Assembly (NCBI GenBank): GCA_964490445.1
Contig: CAZBDA010000017.1
Location: 148-64,147 of the forward strand
Reading direction: 5' to 3'
DNA: 64,000 nt
DNA from: an uncultured Rickettsiales bacterium
GTDB lineage: Bacteria; Myxococcota_A; UBA796; UBA9615
Of the stretch, positions 1-12,125 are shown piece by piece; position 1 is the stretch's first letter, and each line of letters begins with the position of its first letter. The notes beneath the pieces were generated by a model. It saw only the letters and a program-made list of their open reading frames with translations. It did not search any database and was not told the DNA's origin. A program made the position numbers and the translations under genes.

Positions 1-786
1 CAGGCCGGTGGCCAGGCCTTCATCACCGAGAACGCACAGCCGGCAGCCGATGTGAACGGGGCGGTCAGCAACATCTTCCTGAACACGTCGGACTCCGCCG
101 AGGCGCAGGCCTACGTTACAGAGCTCCTGCAGCGACGCAGCTACCTGACCCGCCTGTACACCCGGGTCTCGGGCTGGGAAATGCTCGCCGATCCCTACTT
201 CCAGCCCTCTGCCGGTGCCGACGTCAGCCGATCAATCGATCTCAGCGATCGGCCGGCCGTCGAAATGTGCGCCCCCAGCACAGACGACACCCGCAAGGCC
301 TGTGGTGACATGTACTGCGGCGTCGGCGCCCAGTGCGCGACCACCAGGGAAGGCATCGACGGCTGCATCTGCCCGGCAGGCACAGTTGCACGCAGCATTT
401 CGGCGCCCCTCGGCCTCGGTCGTTCGGTGGCCCGCACGGTCACCTGCCAGGTCACGGCCCACGACATGCTCGCCTCGGCACGCGAAGACGGCACGGCTCC
501 CCAGGATCCCTGCCTCAATGCCAGTTGCGGTGCCAACGGCCAGTGCGTCGACACCAACGGTTTCGCGACCTGCACCTGCGACGAGGGCTATGCCGCCGTC
601 ACCGACCCGCAGGGCGCGCTGACCTGTTCACAGGTCAGGACCAGCTTCGGCCCGGAGAGCATTCTCTGGGAAGAGTCCGGTTGCGCCTGCTCATCCGTCG
701 GAAGCGACTCGATCAGCAGCTCGGCGCTCGCCCTGCTGCTGCTTGCTCCGCTGGCCCGCCTGCGACGACGGCGCGAGGTGAACTGA
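1..786 (+). CDS. C-terminal fragment of a Cys-rich (EGF-like repeat) secreted protein ending in a MYXO-CTERM-like sorting tail; the ORF is open to the window start
   Basis: The frame is open from nt 1. Repeated C-x-C / CxxGxxC EGF-like spacing (CGDMYCGVGAQC, CLNASCGANGQC, CTCDEGY). The C-terminus reads GCACSSVG...ALALLLLAPLARLRRRR, i.e. Gly-Cys, a hydrophobic helix and an Arg cluster. Confidence 0.6.
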   Translation, partial: QAGGQAFITENAQPAADVNGAVSNIFLNTSDSAEAQAYVTELLQRRSYLTRLYTRVSGWEMLADPYFQPSAGADVSRSIDLSDRPAVEMCAPSTDDTRKACGDMYCGVGAQCATTREGIDGCICPAGTVARSISAPLGLGRSVARTVTCQVTAHDMLASAREDGTAPQDPCLNASCGANGQCVDTNGFATCTCDEGYAAVTDPQGALTCSQVRTSFGPESILWEESGCACSSVGSDSISSSALALLLLAPLARLRRRREVN

Positions 787-885
787 ACATAGAAGGCTCT
801 TTGTGAGTACGACGGGGACTCCTCGGGGTCCCCGTCGTCGTTCTGCTGCTACCCCCTGGCGTGATTTCCGTTAGGATCGCTGGCC

Positions 886-1341
886 ATGGACGCGCGCATT
901 CTCCTCGCCACTCTCTCGGTCAGCAGTTGTCTGCTGCTGGTTGCCTGCGGCACCGATCCCGGGCCCGGGACCGGGCCCTATGTGAACGAGTGCTCGGACT
1001 TTGCGGGCGCGACCCGCCCGCCGGTAGTCGAGATCACCTCGCCGGGAAACGCCGAGGCTTTTGATTCCAGCAATTCCATCAACTGGGTGATTTCGGTGAG
1101 CGACCCGGACACGGATGTCACCGAACTCGTGGTGGAACTCATCGACTACACCTCGGGCACCCCCGAGGACATCGACATCTCGGTGCCAGGCCCGGACAGC
1201 GACGGGCGAGTCACGTTTTCGATGCCCGCCTCGTTGCTCACAGGCGGGCAGAACCCGATCCGAGCCCGCGCCACCGATCCCGATGATTGCTTCGGCGAAG
1301 ACGACGTGCTGGTCTGTGTCGACCAGGACACCTGCCCCTGA
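886..1341 (+). CDS. hypothetical lipoprotein, probably an Ig-like beta-sandwich
   Basis: Signal peptide with lipobox LLVAC-G (MDARILLATLSVSSCLLLVACG). Protein-like composition. The stop at 1339-1341 sits immediately before the next gene. Confidence 0.55.
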   Translation: MDARILLATLSVSSCLLLVACGTDPGPGTGPYVNECSDFAGATRPPVVEITSPGNAEAFDSSNSINWVISVSDPDTDVTELVVELIDYTSGTPEDIDISVPGPDSDGRVTFSMPASLLTGGQNPIRARATDPDDCFGEDDVLVCVDQDTCP

Positions 1342-1347
1342 GCCCTG

Positions 1348-3858
1348 GTGCCTTCCACGCAGATGTGCCTGAACTGCTTGCGGCTGGCCCTAGTGGCCTC
1401 CTTGCTGGGCGGCTGCATCACCCAGAGCACGCAACTCTATGACTTTGACGGCGACGGGGTCCCCGACGCGAACGACTGCAACCCCGCCGACGACACCATC
1501 TACCCCGAGGCTCCCGAAATCCTGGGCGACAACATCGACCAGGACTGTGACGGTGCCGACGGCGACGCCGACGACCTCGATGCCGACGGGCACTCCAACG
1601 ACGAGGACTGTGCGCCTCTGGACGGCGACATCCACCCCGGAGTCGAGGACGACGAGTACGGCGACGGAATCGACGAGGACTGCAGCGGACACGACGGCAC
1701 CGACCTCGACGACGACGGCTATCCGGCACCGGGTCCCGGCGTGCCAGCCGAGCTCGAGGACTGCAACGACAACGACAATTCGGTGCATCCGGGAGCTACC
1801 GAGATCCCCGGCGACGACATCGACAACAACTGCGACGGCGGCACCATCACCGATGATGATGGCGACGGCTACAGTCCCGACAGCGGCGACTGCAACGACG
1901 ACGACCCCTCGATCCACCCCGGAGTTCCCGAACAATGCAACGACGGTGTCGACGACGACTGCAACGCCCTCACCCACGAACAACTCGATGGTGACGGCGA
2001 CGGGCTATCCGCCTGCGAAGGCGACTGCGACGACTCTCGGCCAGTCGTAGCTCCCGACGTACTCGAAATCTGCGACGACGGACTCGACAACGACTGCGAC
2101 GGCAGCGTCGACAACGACTGCATTGATTGCCACCGCACAGTGGAGAGCAACCAGCAGTCCATCCAGCAAGCCCTCAGCTTGCTCGCCGACGGGGACACCC
2201 TGTGCATCTACCCGGGGGACTACACAGAAAACCTGGTCCTATACACCGAGCAGAGTTTCTTACTGCTTGGAGTCGCGGCGCCAGAGAGAACGGTCATCGA
2301 CGGCGGTGGCACAGGCAGCGTGCTGGAGGTGACCGGCATGCCCGCATCAGGTACCGCCGCGGTGATGATTTCCAGGCTCTGGCTCAAGGGCGGCGACAGC
2401 CCCCTCGGTGGCGGACTCCACCTGAACACCACTGCCGACGTGCTGCTGGAATCACTGATCGTAACGGACAATCACGCCGACACTAAGGGGGGCGGGATCT
2501 TTGCCAACCCGGGCTCCATCACCGCGAGCAACCTGCTGATTACAGACAACAGCACCGGCGGCGGTGGCGGCGGTCTCTTTGTCGAGTGCCTTGCGACCGA
2601 CTTCAACGAAGTGAAGATTCACGACAACCACGCCGACCAGGGTGGCGGTGGGGCCTATCTTGCTCCCTGCCCGATCGCTCCGTTCACGATGAGCCACTTC
2701 GAGTTGCGCGGAAATTCAGCAGGCAGCTTCTTTTCGAGCATCAGCGACCCGAGCAGCGCAACCGGTGCTGGCATCCACTCGCAAGGGCGACCGCTCGACC
2801 TGTCATTCGGCGAGTTCCACAACAACAGCGCGAGATACGCGGGCGGCGGCCTTTTTCTCGGTGGCTCCCCCGCCGATGCCGAAAGCGACCTGCGCAACCT
2901 GACGTTCTGGTTCAACACCGCCGAAAGCTGGGGCGGGGCGATGTACTTTGAAGCCTTTAACCAATCAGGTCAGGACGCCTCGGTGCTCGGAGAGAACCTG
3001 CTGTTCATCCGGAACGGCGCGCTTCTCGGAGGCGGAGGTATCTACTCCATCAACACCGAACTCGTCCTTCAGAACACAGTGTTCCTGGCCAACCACTCTG
3101 GCGAGGCGGGAGGAGCGATCTACCTGGAGGCCACTTCTGGACCGCCACTCGGCACCAACATCACCAACGCCTTGATGTCCAGCAACTACGCCGGAGAGAG
3201 GGGCGGCGCGCTGTTTGTCTCTGCCAGGCCTGGGGACGACGTCCAGCTGCACCACGCGACATTCGCCGACAACTACAGCAACAGCATGGGAGGCGCTATC
3301 TACCTTGCGGGGAATTCGGCGCCAACAATCAGCCACACCTCGTTTGTGGGCAACCACGCTGGCGATCCCGCGGACTCAATCTTCAACGCCGACGAAGAAT
3401 CGCCCCCGTCCGTCTCCTTTTGTAATTTCTGGGAGCACAGGTACACCGAGTCAGGAGAAGCTAACAATTTTTACGGCATAGACGACCTCGCAGAGAATCT
3501 TGCCGCAGGCAACAACACTCAAGTGGATCCCCTGCTGGTCGACAGCACTTCCGACTACGGCTTTGAGTGGGACACGCACCTACGCACCGACTCCCCGTTG
3601 GTAGACGCAGGCGCCCCCAGTGCCCCCCCAGACCCCGACGGGAGCATCTCGGACATTGGCGCCCTCAGCGGCCCCGGCGCCAACAGCTTCGACCTCGATG
3701 GCGACGGCTACCCCGTGTGGTGGCAGCCCGGACCCTATGACGACAGCAGCTACCCCAGCCTCGGCTGGGACTGTCGGGACTTCAGCGGGGGCATCCACCC
3801 CGGCGCCACTGAAATCACGGCAGATGGCGTCGATTCGAACTGCGACGGCATCGACTGA
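1348..3858 (+). CDS. large secreted/lipoprotein with about 8 MopE-type Cys/Asp-rich putative metal-binding motifs followed by a right-handed beta-helix carrying Pmp-like (GGA[IL][YF] / FxxN) repeats
   Basis: Signal peptide MCLNCLRLALVASLLGGC. The start may be GTG 1348 or ATG 1363. Repeats of C-N/D-D-x-D-x-x-[IV]-H/Y-P-G-x-x-E-x-x-D-x-I-D-x-D-C-D-G. Later GGAIYLEA, GGALFVSA, GGAIYLAGNS, FVGNHAG, FLANHSG, FADNYSN. Confidence 0.7.
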   Translation: MPSTQMCLNCLRLALVASLLGGCITQSTQLYDFDGDGVPDANDCNPADDTIYPEAPEILGDNIDQDCDGADGDADDLDADGHSNDEDCAPLDGDIHPGVEDDEYGDGIDEDCSGHDGTDLDDDGYPAPGPGVPAELEDCNDNDNSVHPGATEIPGDDIDNNCDGGTITDDDGDGYSPDSGDCNDDDPSIHPGVPEQCNDGVDDDCNALTHEQLDGDGDGLSACEGDCDDSRPVVAPDVLEICDDGLDNDCDGSVDNDCIDCHRTVESNQQSIQQALSLLADGDTLCIYPGDYTENLVLYTEQSFLLLGVAAPERTVIDGGGTGSVLEVTGMPASGTAAVMISRLWLKGGDSPLGGGLHLNTTADVLLESLIVTDNHADTKGGGIFANPGSITASNLLITDNSTGGGGGGLFVECLATDFNEVKIHDNHADQGGGGAYLAPCPIAPFTMSHFELRGNSAGSFFSSISDPSSATGAGIHSQGRPLDLSFGEFHNNSARYAGGGLFLGGSPADAESDLRNLTFWFNTAESWGGAMYFEAFNQSGQDASVLGENLLFIRNGALLGGGGIYSINTELVLQNTVFLANHSGEAGGAIYLEATSGPPLGTNITNALMSSNYAGERGGALFVSARPGDDVQLHHATFADNYSNSMGGAIYLAGNSAPTISHTSFVGNHAGDPADSIFNADEESPPSVSFCNFWEHRYTESGEANNFYGIDDLAENLAAGNNTQVDPLLVDSTSDYGFEWDTHLRTDSPLVDAGAPSAPPDPDGSISDIGALSGPGANSFDLDGDGYPVWWQPGPYDDSSYPSLGWDCRDFSGGIHPGATEITADGVDSNCDGID
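1477..2140 (+). repeat. about 8 tandem protein-level copies of a Cys/Asp-rich motif (C..D.D....PGA.E..GD.ID.DCDG), MopE / putative metal-binding type
   Basis: Direct reading of the ORF 1348..3858 translation. Confidence 0.6.
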
Positions 3859-3859
3859 C

Positions 3860-5284
3860 TCAGTGGCTCTCGGAGAGCAGAACACCCCAGCGCCAGGCGG
3901 CGCGTAGGCGGCTCAAAAAGGCAGCGCGCGGTCGCAGCACGGCGCTCGCTTTCCCAACCACGTGGTCGACGTCGGCCCTCGGCACGCCGGGGACCTGCCA
4001 GCCTTTCCCTCCCTCAGAGCCCAGCAGTCGATCGAGGCTTGCACGCACCCCACCCACCAGGGACGTGCGCAGGCCCCCTGCTGACAGCGCCTTCTTCAGC
4101 ATGCGCGCCACCACCGCGCGTCTCAGTCCAAGTCGTTGCCAGGCAGCCTCGCTGTCGGTGCGGACCCAAAGCTGGAGCTCCTCGAGCCAGGCCGGACTGG
4201 TACGGAAGGCGCGGTCCAGGTCGTGCACGAAGCCATGTACGGGCGGTAGCGCCGAGGCAGAGACACCGGGCGCGTGACGGTCCAGCATGCGACGTAGCAG
4301 GGCACGGTTGTGGCGATCCTCGTCGGCCAGGCCCAGGCAGTAGGACAGCAGCGGGCCATCCCAGGGAATGGGCACCACGGGGGTCAGGGCAAGTCGCGAC
4401 AGGACGCCGTCCCAGGTGCCGCCCTGCTGTCGGGTCCACAGGTTCCACCAGGTCTCGACTCCTGCCGACGTGGCCCAGGAAGGAGCGGCTGGCAGGTCCG
4501 CGCTCCAGTGCGGCGCGACGTAGGGACAGCCCAAGCGTGCCAGCCGACTCGAAGGCGACGGGCCAGCGCGCCCGGTGTCTCCCCAGATCACATCGCCCGA
4601 GGTGCCCGATAGCAGGACATCACATTGCTCGGCCCAGGACGAATCGGTTCCGGCACCCGGCGCGGCCGCAGGGCCACCGTAACCAGACGTCGCCCGCCAG
4701 ACCCTCTCTTCCTCGCACAGCGCCACGTTCGCTTCGAACACGTGCTCCTGCTGGGAGAGGCCAAGACGCCTGGCCGCCTCGGCAGCTACTGGCAGATCCG
4801 CGCAGTCCGCGTCACCAAAAGTGCCGACAGTGAACCTGTGGGAATCAAGGGAAGCCGCTGCAGCTGCCACGGCCCGCGAGTCCAGGCCACCGGACAGGGT
4901 CGTTCGGGGCCGAGCCGCTCCAGAACTGGCACGCGAAACAGCTTCTCGAAGTAATTCCCATAGCCTGTCGGCCCGCTCATCGGCAGTGGACAGCTCGCGG
5001 GGATGAATCTCCGGGGGCTCCAGGTCCCAGCCCGGCAGGACGCGCTCGACCCCTGACAGCAGCGTGCGCCGGCCGCTCTGGTAGCCATAGGCAAGCAGGT
5101 CCGACAATCCGGCCCGGTCGACCTCGCCGCCGTCAGCAAAATCCAACAGGGAAGACGACTCTGCTCCGCTGTCCAGGTGTCGGTAGCGCCGAGCCGCCAG
5201 CAGGGGCGACAGCTCAAGCACTGGCGCGAGACGCCGAAGCGAACTCCGTGCAGGCGGCCAGCGCACGGTCAATGGCGGCGTCAT
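3860..5284 (-). CDS. asparagine synthetase B C-terminal-domain-like PP-loop ATP pyrophosphatase, stand-alone with no N-terminal glutaminase domain
   Basis: SGGLDSR PP-loop motif at about residue 130. There is no N-terminal Cys2 Ntn glutaminase. The start is uncertain: GTG at 5221 would give an 8-nt overlap with the ltaE stop. Confidence 0.55.
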   Translation of the reverse strand: MTPPLTVRWPPARSSLRRLAPVLELSPLLAARRYRHLDSGAESSSLLDFADGGEVDRAGLSDLLAYGYQSGRRTLLSGVERVLPGWDLEPPEIHPRELSTADERADRLWELLREAVSRASSGAARPRTTLSGGLDSRAVAAAAASLDSHRFTVGTFGDADCADLPVAAEAARRLGLSQQEHVFEANVALCEEERVWRATSGYGGPAAAPGAGTDSSWAEQCDVLLSGTSGDVIWGDTGRAGPSPSSRLARLGCPYVAPHWSADLPAAPSWATSAGVETWWNLWTRQQGGTWDGVLSRLALTPVVPIPWDGPLLSYCLGLADEDRHNRALLRRMLDRHAPGVSASALPPVHGFVHDLDRAFRTSPAWLEELQLWVRTDSEAAWQRLGLRRAVVARMLKKALSAGGLRTSLVGGVRASLDRLLGSEGGKGWQVPGVPRADVDHVVGKASAVLRPRAAFLSRLRAAWRWGVLLSESH

Positions 5285-6269
5285 CCACGTCGAGGTGCGT
5301 CACCAGCCGCACCGAGTTCGCAGAGACCGCGGTAATGAGGACCCCGCGCGAACTCAGGTGATCGACGAGTTCGGCCGCAGTGCCTGCGCTATCGGCAACA
5401 TCGGCGTAGACCATGTTGGTCGCGACCGAGTCCAACTCGACCGAGAAACCCGGCGTAATGGCCAGCGCCTCACCCAGGCGGCGAGCCCGGCGGTGGTCGT
5501 CGGCGAGGCGATCTACGTGGTGCTCGAGGGCATACAGGCCCGCGGCAGCGAGCACTCCTGCCTGGCGCATACCGCCGCCGAACATCTTGCGAAAGCGGTG
5601 GGCACGGTCGACAAAGGCCCGGCTCCCCACCAGCAAGCTGCCGACAGGGCACCCCAGACCCTTGCTCAGGCAAAAGGAGATGGAATCGAAAGGCTCGGCC
5701 AACTCGGCGGCAGCGATATCCTCTATCACCGTGGCATTGAACATGCGCGCGCCGTCGAGGTGGTACGCGAGACCCTGCTCGCGGGCCAGCTCGCCGAGAG
5801 CCCGGCAGTGCTCCACCGGCACCACCGTGCCGCCGGCCCGATTCGCAGTGTTCTCGACGCACAGCAGCGAGCTGCTGGGATAGTGGGAAAGACCACCCGG
5901 CGGCCGCACCGCCGCGCGCACAGCGTCCAGCGACATCACGCCGCCGCTGCCGGCTACACAACGGGCACTGAGTCCCGACAGAGCAGCAAAACCACCACCC
6001 TCGTACAGGAAGATGTGCGAGTCGGCCTCGACGATGATCTCGTCGCCCGGTTCAGTGTGGGTACGCAGGGCCACCTGGTTGGCCATCGTTCCCGAGGGAA
6101 CCAGCAGCGCGGCTTCCTTGCCCAGCAACTCTGCGGCGCGCTCCTGCAGGAGGTTGACGGTCGGATCATCGCCAAACACATCGTCGCCCAGGGGCGCGCG
6201 AGCCATCGCCTCGCGCATCCCGGCAACGGGGCGAGTCACGGTGTCGGAGCGGAAATCTACGGTAGCCAC
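5214..6269 (-). CDS. ltaE: low-specificity L-threonine aldolase
   Basis: N-terminus [14 protein letters not shown]...[11 protein letters not shown] is the typical [11 protein letters not shown] start of threonine aldolases, with a PLP-fold aminotransferase-like body. The start is set at GTG 6269. The 308-aa upstream extension in the ORF track is rejected. Confidence 0.8.
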   Translation of the reverse strand: MATVDFRSDTVTRPVAGMREAMARAPLGDDVFGDDPTVNLLQERAAELLGKEAALLVPSGTMANQVALRTHTEPGDEIIVEADSHIFLYEGGGFAALSGLSARCVAGSGGVMSLDAVRAAVRPPGGLSHYPSSSLLCVENTANRAGGTVVPVEHCRALGELAREQGLAYHLDGARMFNATVIEDIAAAELAEPFDSISFCLSKGLGCPVGSLLVGSRAFVDRAHRFRKMFGGGMRQAGVLAAAGLYALEHHVDRLADDHRRARRLGEALAITPGFSVELDSVATNMVYADVADSAGTAAELVDHLSSRGVLITAVSANSVRLVTHLDVDDAAIDRALAACTEFASASRASA

Positions 6270-6467
6270 GGTGGAGGATGGTAGTCGAAGAGTCGCGCAA
6301 ACCAAAACTCCAAGTCCCTCGCAAACTGTTGCAAACCGGGAGGCAAAGACCCTTGCAATTTCTTTACAGACATGCGAGTACCGGCCGCACTCTCGAAAAC
6401 TCGGGTAGCCAGAGCGCGCTACCCGACCACTTGGAAGCCTCGTGGGAGGCCTGCTGAGGAGCAAACC

Positions 6468-7778
6468 ATGCGTCGTATCTCCCTCCTTCTCGCGATCCTG
6501 TTTGCTGGCCTGAGCGTGCTGGCTGTCGCCTGCATGCCCATCCCGGTTACAGACGATGATGACGATGACGACGACACAGGCGGGATCTCCTGCGCAACGG
6601 CGGACGATGCCTGGAATGTCTGCGCTGCAGTCACCGGACTGCCGACACCTCCGCCATTCTGCGCCTCGCTGGCAGCAGGCACCATCGGCGCGGACTCCGA
6701 CTGGGGTTGCATCGCCTCGATCCTGGGCAACTGGGATTGCGCCAGTGGCCTGCCCTCGAGCCTCGATGAGTTCGGCACCTGCATCAACCTCGACCCCGGT
6801 GGTGACGACGACACCAGCGGCGACGACGACACCAGCGGCGACGACGACACCAGCGGCGACGACGACACCTTCGGCGACGACGACGACTCGGTGCCGAGCG
6901 GTCCGTGCAGCGACGACACATCCGAGCCCAACAACGACTTTGCCAGTGCCACTCCGATCGCCACCGGCTTCCACAGCGGCTTCGTGTCCTGTCCCGACGA
7001 CGAGGACTACTTCTCGATCACCGTCAATGCGGGAGAAGTCATCAACGTAGAGGCTCTGTTCATTGATGCCGAAGGCGACATCGACATCAAGCTCAAGAAC
7101 ATCGAGGACACCAACCTCGACAACAGCTCTTCTTCCTCTGACAACGAGGACCTGGCCTACGTTCCCGAAGTCACCGGCACGTACTACATCCACGTAAAAC
7201 TATTCGCAGACGCAGGAGACGCTGTCGGCAACCCCTACAGCCTGACGATCTCGTCCGGCGCGGTGCCCCCCGAAAATTGTTCCGACGGAATCGACAACGA
7301 CCTCGACGGCCAGACCGACTGCCTTGACAGTGACTGCGCCTCGCAGCCCGACTGCCAGTGCCCAACCGACTCCTTCGAGACAAACAACGGCGCCGACGTC
7401 GCCTCGGCCATCACGCTGGGTTCCCACAGCGGCCTCAGCGTCTGCACAGGGGACGAAGACTGGTACAGCTTCTCGGCCAGCGGCAACCTGACGATCAACG
7501 TGACCTTCATCGATGCCGAAGGCGATGTCGATGCCTACGTCTACGACGCTGCAGACTTCTCCGCCGGATTCGACCCGGCCTCTCTGCCGACTTCACTCTC
7601 CCTGGGAGCCAGCGTCTCCGACGACGAAGAGCTGACCCACAATCCCAGCACTGCGAGCAACCCGGGCAGTGGCAACTACATCCTGCGAGTCAAGCTGTTC
7701 GGCGACGACGACAGCAGCAACTGCACGATTTGCGCGACTGGCAACTCCTACGGCCTGACGATCGCAACCGGCCCCTAG
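6468..7778 (+). CDS. acidic secreted lipoprotein with poly-Asp tandem repeats, a Cys-rich module, two pre-peptidase C-terminal (PPC) domains and a TSP3-like Cys/Asp motif
   Basis: Signal peptide [22 protein letters not shown] (lipobox), then D8. The repeat DDDTSG x4. Two PPC domains of the form SxPNNDF..A..I....G.....D.DWYSF. Motif [22 protein letters not shown]. Confidence 0.75.
   Translation: MRRISLLLAILFAGLSVLAVACMPIPVTDDDDDDDDTGGISCATADDAWNVCAAVTGLPTPPPFCASLAAGTIGADSDWGCIASILGNWDCASGLPSSLDEFGTCINLDPGGDDDTSGDDDTSGDDDTSGDDDTFGDDDDSVPSGPCSDDTSEPNNDFASATPIATGFHSGFVSCPDDEDYFSITVNAGEVINVEALFIDAEGDIDIKLKNIEDTNLDNSSSSSDNEDLAYVPEVTGTYYIHVKLFADAGDAVGNPYSLTISSGAVPPENCSDGIDNDLDGQTDCLDSDCASQPDCQCPTDSFETNNGADVASAITLGSHSGLSVCTGDEDWYSFSASGNLTINVTFIDAEGDVDAYVYDAADFSAGFDPASLPTSLSLGASVSDDEELTHNPSTASNPGSGNYILRVKLFGDDDSSNCTICATGNSYGLTIATGP
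6803..6886 (+). repeat. 18-bp in-frame tandem repeat (gacgacgacaccagcggc, about 4.5 copies) encoding DDDTSG
   Basis: Seen directly in the DNA. Confidence 0.9.
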
Positions 7779-7800
7779 CAACTTCCGGCCGGCGCGCTAA

Positions 7801-9531
<1,731 letters not shown>

Positions 9532-9540
9532 GTGCAAGCC

Positions 9541-11637
9541 ATGTTGTTTCACCACGCTCGCCTTTCCTGGGCACTGTTGGCCCTCACCTTCACCCCTGCC
9601 TGCGCGCCCTACGAAGACCCAGGCGCACCGGGCTCCGCCCTCGGGCGGGCCGGCGCCAATGAGGCAGTTGCCTCGGGTCGTAGCGGCATCCTCGGCAACG
9701 AGGAAATCATGACGCAGGCGTTCGGCGCTGCACGCGCAGTACTGTACGGCGAGCCCGAAGGAGCGACTGAGCGGCTCGACGAGTTGCCCGGCCACCGCGT
9801 CTTTATCTGTGCCTACCAGGACAAGCCGGTGCAACGCTGCGCTACCGGCTTCGGCCGCAACCTCACGGGCTCGGTTCGAGCCGCCGCCGGCGAACTGCAC
9901 ACCCGACACGGCGACGTGGTCAACAACAGCCGAAAGGCCCTGATTCGCCTCAAGATCGACGTCGTGACCCGGGCCAAGGCGGCCGTCTTTGCCCGCAACA
10001 TGGAGAAGCCGAAGAAGCGCAAGGTCGCCAGGTACGGCTACTGGGTACGGTCCGGCGACGAAGTCTCCTGGCTGCTGCCCAGCGAGGTACTCGAGAAGGG
10101 ACTGCATTTCGACAAGAAGGGCAAGAAGGGCATTCCTCGCAAGGTCGTCATCAAGGCCCTGACTCGACGCAATCCCAAGCTGGGCGCGCTCGACGAGGAG
10201 TTCGCCTACGAGCAGATCCGTACCGTCGCCTGGCTCGAGAAACTGAACGAGGGCAGCGCGCGGCCGGGGATTGTCCGCCTCTACCGCGCTCACACCTGGG
10301 AATTCGACACGGTGACGCCCGACCGATTGTTGCAGCGAACCGTCTGGGCGGCCGACTACCTGATTTCGTCCATCGGCGAAGACGGCAAGATCCGCTACCG
10401 ATACAACCCCAGAACCGATCGCGACGCATCGTCCTACAACCTGCTCCGCCACGGCGGCACCACATACTCCATCCTGCAAGCTTATGACCGCACCCGCTTC
10501 GCTCCCTACCTCGAGGCGAGCAAGGCCGCGATCGGCTACCTGTTCAGGCACTCCGCGCGCGACCACCGAATGGGCCCCTATGGCGGCGGAGACGCCATGT
10601 ACGTGGTCGAGAGCAGCCACATCAAGCTCGGTGGCGCCGGGCTCGCCCTGGTGATGCTCGACCAGTACGTCGAGGCTACCGGCGACAAGGAGACCTACCT
10701 GGACGAGGCGCGCGCCTATGCCCGCTTCCTGGTCAGCCAATTGAAGGAAGACGGCGAGTTCACCTACTTCGCGCCCCTCAAGGTAGGCGGGCCCCCTCGC
10801 AACGAGTACTCCGCCTACTACCCCGGCGAAGCGATTCTCGGCCTGATCCGCCTGTATGCCTGGGACCGCAACCCGTTGTGGCTGAACACGGCGACCCGGG
10901 CAGCCGACTGGCTCATCCAGGTGCGCGACCGCGGCAAGGACGAAAAGCGCCTGGCAAACGACCACTGGCTCATGATTGCGCTGTCCTACCTCTACAACTA
11001 CACCCGCCGCGAGGACTACCTGAACCACTCCCTCGCACTCGCGAGGGCGGTCGAGTACCAGTACAAGAAGAATCTTCCCGCGGCGAAGAAGTACCGGGAC
11101 TACCTGGGCGGCTACTACGATCCGCCGCGCTCCACCCCGGCCGCCACCCGCGGCGAGGGCCTGGTCGCGGTACTGGACACGTGCTCGCTAGCCGGGAAGC
11201 GCTGCGAGTGGGTCCAGACCTTGCTGCACGAGACCGTGCGGCACGAGATGTTGAGCCAGTTCGACCCCGACACCACCTACTGGATGAAGAACAAGCGCAA
11301 GACCTTCGGCGGTTGGAGCGGCGGAATCATTCACCCCAGCATTCGCAACGACTTCGTGCAGCACAACATGAGCTCCATCCTCGGTACTGAGCGACACCTA
11401 CGCAAGGCTGCAGGTGTCTCTCTTCCCGGAGGTCCCGAGTGGACCGACAAGAGCCTCGAGGGCACGCCATGGTCTGGCATTCCTGCCGACCAGATGAGCA
11501 CGCTGCGCGCCATGACGCTGCGCTTCCGAGGCACTACGGGCTGGGAAGACGCGGTGCGGGCGAACCCGGGCGGAAGTGTCAAAACAACCGGCTCAGCGCC
11601 AAAAGCGCCAGCATCGTCGGCGCCACCCCCACAATAA
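9541..11637 (+). CDS. secreted protein with a C-terminal alpha/alpha-toroid (six-hairpin glycosidase / epimerase-like) domain
   Basis: Signal peptide MLFHHARLSWALLALTFTPAC. Repeated hairpin-like segments (HGGTTYSILQAY, GGAGLALVMLDQY, YYPGEAILGLIRLY, NDHWLMIALSYLY). The start may be GTG 9532, directly abutting the thiC stop. Confidence 0.5.
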   Translation: MLFHHARLSWALLALTFTPACAPYEDPGAPGSALGRAGANEAVASGRSGILGNEEIMTQAFGAARAVLYGEPEGATERLDELPGHRVFICAYQDKPVQRCATGFGRNLTGSVRAAAGELHTRHGDVVNNSRKALIRLKIDVVTRAKAAVFARNMEKPKKRKVARYGYWVRSGDEVSWLLPSEVLEKGLHFDKKGKKGIPRKVVIKALTRRNPKLGALDEEFAYEQIRTVAWLEKLNEGSARPGIVRLYRAHTWEFDTVTPDRLLQRTVWAADYLISSIGEDGKIRYRYNPRTDRDASSYNLLRHGGTTYSILQAYDRTRFAPYLEASKAAIGYLFRHSARDHRMGPYGGGDAMYVVESSHIKLGGAGLALVMLDQYVEATGDKETYLDEARAYARFLVSQLKEDGEFTYFAPLKVGGPPRNEYSAYYPGEAILGLIRLYAWDRNPLWLNTATRAADWLIQVRDRGKDEKRLANDHWLMIALSYLYNYTRREDYLNHSLALARAVEYQYKKNLPAAKKYRDYLGGYYDPPRSTPAATRGEGLVAVLDTCSLAGKRCEWVQTLLHETVRHEMLSQFDPDTTYWMKNKRKTFGGWSGGIIHPSIRNDFVQHNMSSILGTERHLRKAAGVSLPGGPEWTDKSLEGTPWSGIPADQMSTLRAMTLRFRGTTGWEDAVRANPGGSVKTTGSAPKAPASSAPPPQ

Positions 11638-12094
11638 TCATGACCACGGCGTAAGGCGTCGGAAACACCCCGGGCACCGCCGGGCCGGGCTGGCCCTGTC
11701 GAGACTCTCTCAGGCCGAGAAGTGCCAACACTGCGCCCCCGAGTCCAGCCAACAACGCGGCTCCAGAACACAGGAAAACCAACCAGTGGAAGGGGCCGGG
11801 CAACACACCGCGCAGCACCGCCGCGCGGGTAACCACGGCGATGCCCCCCACCAGCAACAGGGCCTTGAGAAGCCTCTCGGCGGTGCGCCGATAGCGGCGC
11901 GCTCGTGCTCGGGCCTTCTCCTGTTCGCTATAGGGCACACCCTCGCGAAACAGGCGGCTCTTGCAGGAGCTGCACAGGTCGGTGCTGACCACGCAACCAC
12001 TGCAGATGAAGTCGCCACAGCGTGCACAGGCACGCGCCGCAGGGCGCTCGGGGTGGCTGATGCAGCGGGCATCAAGGTCCAAGGTGTCACTCAC
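11579..12094 (-). CDS. small membrane protein with an N-terminal zinc-ribbon (CxxC..CxxC) and C-terminal TM helices
   Basis: ARACARCGDFICSGC...CSSC, then two or three hydrophobic segments. It overlaps the end of the previous gene convergently by about 58 nt. Confidence 0.45.
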   Translation of the reverse strand: MSDTLDLDARCISHPERPAARACARCGDFICSGCVVSTDLCSSCKSRLFREGVPYSEQEKARARARRYRRTAERLLKALLLVGGIAVVTRAAVLRGVLPGPFHWLVFLCSGAALLAGLGGAVLALLGLRESRQGQPGPAVPGVFPTPYAVVMIIVGVAPTMLALLALSRLF

Positions 12095-12125
12095 AGAAAG
12101 GGGAACTGGCTGCTAGGCTCCAACG

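Noticed and set aside
3860-5284. A lasso-peptide biosynthetic cluster, suggested by the AsnB-like enzyme.
   Set aside because: No transglutaminase-like B protein, no RRE (recognition element), no ABC exporter and no short precursor ORF are nearby. The enzyme also lacks the N-terminal domain typical of lasso cyclases.
5214-7193. A 659-aa minus-strand ORF in the six-frame track, extending ltaE about 308 aa upstream.
   Set aside because: The upstream part is V/G/A-rich antisense shadow of the plus-strand acidic lipoprotein gene. Threonine-aldolase homology begins at the GTG at 6269 ([14 protein letters not shown]).
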